Notes under the pieces: generated by a model
The model's database searches: none
Seen by the model: the letters and a program-made list of their open reading frames with translations, nothing else
Told to the model about the DNA's origin: nothing
Program-made: the position numbers and the translations under genes
Shown: one piece after another, positions 57,346-64,000 of the stretch
Layout: every line of letters starts with the position of its first letter
How positions within the stretch are numbered: position 1 is the stretch's first letter
From: Flaccisagitta enflata
Taxonomy: Eukaryota
Length of the DNA: 64,000 bases
Direction of reading: 5' to 3'
Assembly (NCBI GenBank): GCA_965153355.1
Contig: OZ231126.1
Coordinates: 2,976,001 to 3,040,000, forward strand

Positions 57346-59060
57346 ATGGCGACCAAGAAGCATTCTAAAGGAAGCTCCAGAACGGTTATCTGCTTACTGA
57401 GAAACGACCTTCGTTTCCACGACAATGAGGCACTACAGTGGGCTCAATTGTAAGGCAGTCTTTGTAGGTTTCTTGTAGGTGGAGGAATGCTAAAATTATT
57501 TTAACACGGTTTTACATGTTTTAACATATTTCAACACAATGTACCTGTTATTTTTCAAGCCAGGTGTTAAAATAGATATTATCATTCCCCCACCTGTTCT
57601 TGTAACATGTGCCCTTTTGCTTCTCCAGCTCATTCACGTCAATACTCGTTGAAGTACACAGGAGTTTTAATACCTACTTTTTTGTTTGGTTAATTGGTCT
57701 GTTAGTAATTATGCCCAAATTCTAGGCCAGCCAATTTCAGTATTATCCATGCTTACCCGTTCATGCATTGGGTTACCATGTATCTGGCCTGCTTTATTTT
57801 TATGTCATAGGATTTTGTGTCATTTTCCTCCGTGCTCAGGAATGGAGATTTCGTCATTCCTTTGTATTGCTTTGATCCGCTCCATTTTGCGGGCTCAAAT
57901 CACTTTGGCTTCGAGAAAACTGCCCAACATCGCGCCAAGTTTCTCCTCGAATCTGTAGAGGATCTCCGTCAGACTTTGTCTAAGCAAGGAACGGATCTTA
58001 TTGTCCGCCATCAAAGCCCCGTCGAAGCTGTCAAGGGTGAGTTGAGCGACAACAACAACGTAACAATAATAACTACAACGTTACAACAACAACGTTAAAA
58101 CAGCAACCGCACATCAGCAACAACAACATTAGAACAACCACGTTACAACAACCAATAGGTCGAAACTGCCACAAAAGAATAGAATTAGCATACCAACAAG
58201 TAGAAATCCATGGTGAAACTACAACGACCATAAGATATACCCCCTCCCCTCGCCACTTAACTGCAGATTTGATCTCCCGATGCGATTCTCGGGCTCCTGT
58301 CAGCGCGATCGTTATCCAACAAGAAATAACAGACACAGAGCAAAAGGTTGAAGCCTCTATCCAAAGAGCTGCCGACGACAAAAATATTAAGTTTCATTCA
58401 TTTTGGGGTCTCACTCTTTATCACAAATCCGACATTCCATTTAGGTGATTAAGTTTGATGATAGTTGCCGCAGCGATGTATGGCAGCTTGGAGCCTAGGG
58501 ACTTTAAAGCCGATTCCAAGTATGACAGCAAATCTAAGCACGACAGCCTTTTTACTGATTTACTATGATTTTTATGCTTTCTAAGCCAATACTAGTCAAA
58601 AAGTGAGTGATTCTCATCTGGATGGTTTTTAGTTGCGGACACGCAACTCTATAAGAGGCTTTGTCCGTCTGTTGGTCCGTAATCCATGAGTCGAAAAGTG
58701 GAAAAACGAGTTTTTTAGATGTTTTTTTGGGTTGTTGTATTTGTTGGGGAGCATGGGGTGTGGATGGGGGTTGGATGCCCCTGCCCACCAGTCTGCGACG
58801 ATATCGTGACCCCGCGTCACTTGTTTTTTTATCAAATAGATCTGTTTACAGTTGATTCATACAATTTAGTGTATTGTGCAAAAAAATATCTAGAAAATTG
58901 TATAGAAGGCAGAGGCAAAGCATACTTATCATCATCACATATCAATCAAGCCCTTGCCTCATTTTGTTTTGCAAACTCTTGTATTATTTTGATTTTATGA
59001 AGTTTTTCTGTTGTGTTTGTCTGCTAAGTCTGTCCGTCTGTTTGTCTGTTTGTTTGTCTG

Positions 59061-59158
<98 letters not shown>

Positions 59159-62100
59159 TTTTTTCCCTTCCTTCAAAATTTGTTCACAACACATTTTCAA
59201 GCCCGACAGCAGGGACGTTACGTGATGTCCCTGAAGTCCCTTGCCATACATCGCTGAATTAGTTGGGTTAATGCGATTGCCATTCCTAGATCAATTTTGG
59301 TAATCACATAGCATTCTCTCCTTTCCAACAGGATCAGTCAAATTCCCGATACTTACACGCAATTTCGAAAATCTGTGGAAACGCAATCAAAGATTCGCGA
59401 ACCGGTGACGATGCCAGAAAAGCTACGTTCTCTGCCCCCCATCGAACTAGATCATGGACAGGTAAACTGACTGATTCGGCGAGAATCGTGGATGTATAGT
59501 ATCATGGATGTATAGTATACCTTTGATGATACATCTTTATTCTGCAAATGCTCATTCTAATTTTGATCATTAATTTGAACCCGCAATGATGGATGTCAAG
59601 GGACTAACAGGGCCCAGATATGTAAAAAAGGCGTGATCTAACTTCATCCACTTGTCACAAGGGTGCAGAATCAACACAGTCCGTCGAAAATTTTCTCTGG
59701 TCTAGACCCTGCAGTTGCATCTCAGGTCAAAAGGCCAAGTGAGGTCAAAATTTCATGATGGGAAATTTGAAAATCTGATTGTAGATTTAGAATCCTTGAA
59801 AAAAATTGCCAAAGAATGTCTTTCTATTTTTGATATTGCATCTGGAAGATAGTCAAAATAATTGTTAAACGTTGAAATAGACCAAATTTGAGACAAAAGA
59901 GCAAATTTGACCCAAATATGACCTTTATCAAATAAGACCATGTTCTAATAGGAAAATCAAACAAAGGAAGACATTCTTTTGATACTTTTTTGCAAGGAGT
60001 CAAATTTCCCATTTTGAAACTTTGACCTCATGTGGTTTTTTGACCTGAGAAATGCAGCTGTGGGGTCCCTAATCTTTACCAGAGAACATCTTTGACGGAC
60101 TGAGCTGATTCTCCACCCTTTGATTTGACTTGTGACTGGTGGATGAAATTATATCACGCTTTTTTACACATTTCTGGACCCTGTTAGTTAAGGGACCATC
60201 AAATTTTATTTGTTATAGGCGGATTCTTGTCTTTGCCATTACAAGCAATATAAAAAAATGACATAATGGGATTGAGATTTGCTATTCCTAAAAACATTTT
60301 TGTTACTCTTTTGTCTGCTATACTTATAGCGGGGTGTAATTGTACATTCCACCTGTTTCCTTTCCCATCCTTTTCCAGGTACCAACCATGGCTGTTTTGG
60401 GCGTCAAAGAGAAATCCCGATTCCCTCCTTCCAACGCCTTTCCCTTCCCAGGCGGTGAATCTGCGGCTCTGGATCGTCTGCAGCGATATCTGTGGGGATC
60501 AGATGCCATCGCCACCTACAAAGAGACCCGCAATAGACTGCTAGGTAGGAAATAGTCCTAAACACTGGTCAACATCGGTTCTGGGCAAATCCGCAACTCG
60601 AGAGCATATTGTATGACTGTATTATACATTTTTTTATGGGGCCTCTTTGGTGGTTGTGGCCGAACTTAGGTAGAGGATTATTTATAGGATCGGATTGGGT
60701 TTATTGCAATAGACCAAGTTACGAATTGTGCGATTCTCATACCCCAGGCGAAGACTACTCTACCAAATTTGGTCCTTGGTTAGCTTTGGGCTGTTTATCT
60801 CCACGGCAAATTCACGCGGAAATCCGGCGCTACGAGACTGAGCGAGTCGCCAATCAGAGCACTTACTGGGTCCTCTTTGAGCTCATTTGGCGGGACTACT
60901 TTAAGTTTGTTTGCTTGCGTTACGGAGATGCAGTCTTTCAATTGGAGGTACATATTCACTCTACCGCTCTGTTAACTTTTTTTGGATAATCTGTATTATC
61001 AGTTGGAGAGCTTAATAGAATCTAGCATTATTCTTAAAATGAATTCCTGGAGAGCCGTTCATGTCAAGAAGCAGAAGATCAAGAATATTCTTGACTATCC
61101 ATTCTGCAGGGAATTATGGGCAAGTCTTTGCCATGGAAACAAGACAAGGACATGTTTAAGGCGTGGTGTGAAGGCAAAACTGGTGTCCCTTTCGTAGATG
61201 CCAACATGAGAGAACTTTTGGTGAGCTATCGTTTTCTGCTGATTCATTTTTTTTCTGTGCTCGTTTTTTAGTTGCGTGCATGCGACTACCATTTATGGCG
61301 GCTATCGCCGTGAGGAAAAAACGTCGTAAACATTAGTTTATTTTTATTAAACTTTTACTTTCCGTCATTGCATTTTTTTTTATTTTTTGGAATTGATTTA
61401 GAGAAATTGTATGTATTGATTGCATTGAAAATCAGAGGAATATATTACTGAGCCAAATGAGTAAAATGAACTAGAATATTCAAAATCATTCACACAGATT
61501 ACTGGATGTTCACTGACATGCGTTTTGGTATTTGTATGTTAAAAAACTAATCATATCACTTTTTTTTCATCTCATTAAAAATCAGAAAAAAAAGAGCTAA
61601 ATGAGCTGAATGAGCTAGAATACTTAACAAGGCTGGATACATGGCCACCCCAGTCGAGTGCAGATGGGCAGGGACAGTGCTGGAGAAGGTCAGCAGAGTA
61701 TTTGGGCAGGAGCGGAAGGCTCAACAAGGCCAAATACACAGCTACCCTAGTTGCGTGCGGGTGGGCAGAAGCACTGTTGGAGAAGGTTGTTTGAAGTCAT
61801 TTTAAGTCATCTTACATTTTAACTTTTTGTTTTTTAATCTTGACAACCGTACGCAACTTAAGAGGTGTTGGCCTTATTTCCCGATAACCTGCTAAGTTTG
61901 TCTGTCCATCAGTCCTGTTAGCTGTTTGGACATTTACAGATGGATTTGCACTACTGCTCCTGCGCAAATGCTATAGTTTTTATCATTTCCCCTGCCCACT
62001 CGCACGCAACTGCGGTAGCCCGTAGCCGTGTATCTGGCCTTGTTCCTCCCAACATCGACTTGTCTGTCCCTTTCATTTACGTATTGCGCTGTCTGGTAAT

Positions 62101-62665
62101 CGATTTCTCATCAAGCTTCAGTCCTCCTTTCTGTCCTCATGTACCTTGTTGCGTGACCTGTCTATTTTTGTCATGAAACTTTTAAAAGTAAAAACATTTT
62201 TGTATTTTATTCAGCAAACTGGCTGGATGTCAAATCGCGGTCGTCAAAATGTTGCGTCGTTTCTCGTCAAAGATTTAGGACTGGATTGGCGCCTTGGTGC
62301 GGAATGGTTCGAATCTCTTCTCTTGGATCATGACGTTTGCTCAAACTACGGGAACTGGAATTACGCTGCCGGTATGTCTATCTGTCTGTATGTTAACATG
62401 AGGGTCTGATATCATATTTGAATGCCAGAGCTTACATTAAGCCAGATTCTCTGTGTTCAAATTAAATGTGGCTTGTGTGTGTCAAGCTGCGTTCGCGTTA
62501 TGAAAGGGATTGTGAATCTATTTCTCCTTAAACTCAAAATGGAATTTATTATTCCAGGCATCGGCAATGATCCTCGTGAGAATCAAAAATTCAACATGGT
62601 CAAACAGGGACTTGACTACGACCCAGACGGGGAATACATTAGAACTTGGGTCCCCGAGCTTAAAG
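57346..62665 (+). CDS. cry-dash: Cryptochrome DASH (photolyase/cryptochrome family), 3'-partial
   Basis: Exons: 57346-57449 ([15 protein letters not shown]); 57840-58036 ([20 protein letters not shown]); 58267-58444 (FWGLTLYH); 59332-59461 ([12 protein letters not shown]); 60379-60544 ([16 protein letters not shown]); 60748-60947 ([25 protein letters not shown]); 61110-61220 ([15 protein letters not shown]); 62215-62371 ([22 protein letters not shown]); 62558-62665 ([23 protein letters not shown]). All junctions are GT-AG and in phase. Confidence 0.96.
59608..60183. mobile_element. MITE with long TIRs nested in a short Tc1-like MITE within a cry-DASH intron
   Basis: cagggcccagatatgtaaaaaaggcgtgat...atcacgctttttacacatttctggaccctg; imperfect arms of about 150 bp. 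Confidence 0.7.
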
Positions 62666-63804
62666 GTGTGTATATGATAAGTAGAGGAGAGATTGGAAAG
62701 ACTGAAGGAAATACAAAGGAGGAAGATACTAGGGAAAGAAGGAAAGAAGAAAACAAGGCTGGATACACGGCTACCCTAGTTGCGTGCAGGTGGGCAGGAG
62801 CAGTGCTGGGGAAGGTCACTAGGGTATCTGGGTAGGAGCCGTATGCTCAAAAAGCTCAGAAACGCCAAAAAGTAAAAACAGGACTGACCAACAGACGAAC
62901 CAACATAGCAGGGTATAGACCAGCTCTATTCCCCAGCTCTATCAAACCTATCCCTGGTTCTACGAGACCTATCCTGAGCTCTAGCATACCTAATCACAGC
63001 CGAATATGATAATTGGAAAAAGTTGAATTACATAATTCGACTTTTTGAAACGTAGAGGAAAAATCAGGTTTTCCATTTTCAATTTGAGGAACTTTGGAAA
63101 GTTGAGCTATTTCCCGCTTAGGATGACATATCTTTTAATATTCACAGCTAAGATAGAACTAATTTTTTTCTTTTAAATGGCACCAACCAGAGGTGTCTAG
63201 GATCCATTATTTTCAAGCTATGATTTTTTAATCTTTTTGATCCCAACTTTTGGTTTGATGTAACAATGGGGAAGAGTAAATATGTTACGCAAATTGACTC
63301 CAAATTTTATGACGCTTGCTTTTATTGGAAACTAGGCCGGATACACGGCTACCCCAGTCGCGTGCGGGTGGGCAGGGGCTGTAATTGAGGTCACCAGATC
63401 ATTTGGGTAGGGGCAGTGAAGCCAAAAATCCCAAAAACCCAAAAAAAGTAGTGTGACGGACCGACCGACGGATGGACCAACAGACCGACAAATTGGGGTG
63501 TAGCACGCGACTAAAAAGTCGAATTACGTAATTCGACTTTTTAGGCTGTAGGGGAGAAAGCTTGAGTTTCTATTTGCAATTTGAAATTAAGAAAGTTAGG
63601 CAATTTCCATGGATGACCTGTTTGTTTATTCACAGCTAAGAAAGAGCTGACTTTTTTCTTTCAAATGGCGCCAACCATAAGTCTCTAGGATCAATACTTT
63701 TTGAGCTTTGAGTTTTTTAATCTTTCTTTATTTCTTCGCATTTTCGCAAAAATTGATATTTTTCATTGATCCCTACTTTTGGCCTTTTGTAACAATAGAC
63801 AGTA

Positions 63805-64000
63805 GGGGCAGATTTAAGGCCTGTGAGGACAGGTTTCAGGCCTGAGACGGCAGATTTCTGGCCTGAGAGGGCAGATTTTAAGACTGAGAGAGCAGATTTC
63901 AAGCCTGAGAGGGCAGATTTCAAGCCTGAGAGGGCAGATTTCAAGCCTGAGAGGGCAGATTTCAAGCCTGAGAGGGCAGATTTCAAGCCTGAGAGGGCAG
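63805..64000. repeat. 21-bp minisatellite (gcctgagagggcagatttcaa), truncated by the window end
   Basis: Direct reading. Confidence 0.9.

Overview
Repeat-rich, intron-rich genomic DNA of an animal, probably an invertebrate; the taxon cannot be named from the sequence. Most long ORFs in the track are translated microsatellites. Five spliced genes can be rebuilt by hand from splice sites and phases. (1) A minus-strand ARHGEF10-family RhoGEF: 9 exons found between 35654 and 7176, incomplete at both ends. (2) A + strand PAF-acetylhydrolase (PLA2G7/PAFAH2 family, intact Ser-Asp-His triad). (3) A + strand, highly divergent mitochondrial EF-Ts (TSFM)-like gene that lacks the catalytic TDFV motif. Genes 2 and 3 both sit antisense inside one 15.8-kb ARHGEF10 intron and may be joined into a single fusion ORF. 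(4) A + strand DEG/ENaC channel, possibly degenerating and probably inside the next ARHGEF10 intron. (5) A + strand cryptochrome-DASH running off the right end. The most striking pattern is that many minisatellites are tandem amplifications of real exon-intron junctions (at least 9 cases, 2 to about 50 copies). The rest is Helentron-type (HINE/DINE-like) elements, MITEs and satellites. All homology calls are from remembered family motifs, not database searches.
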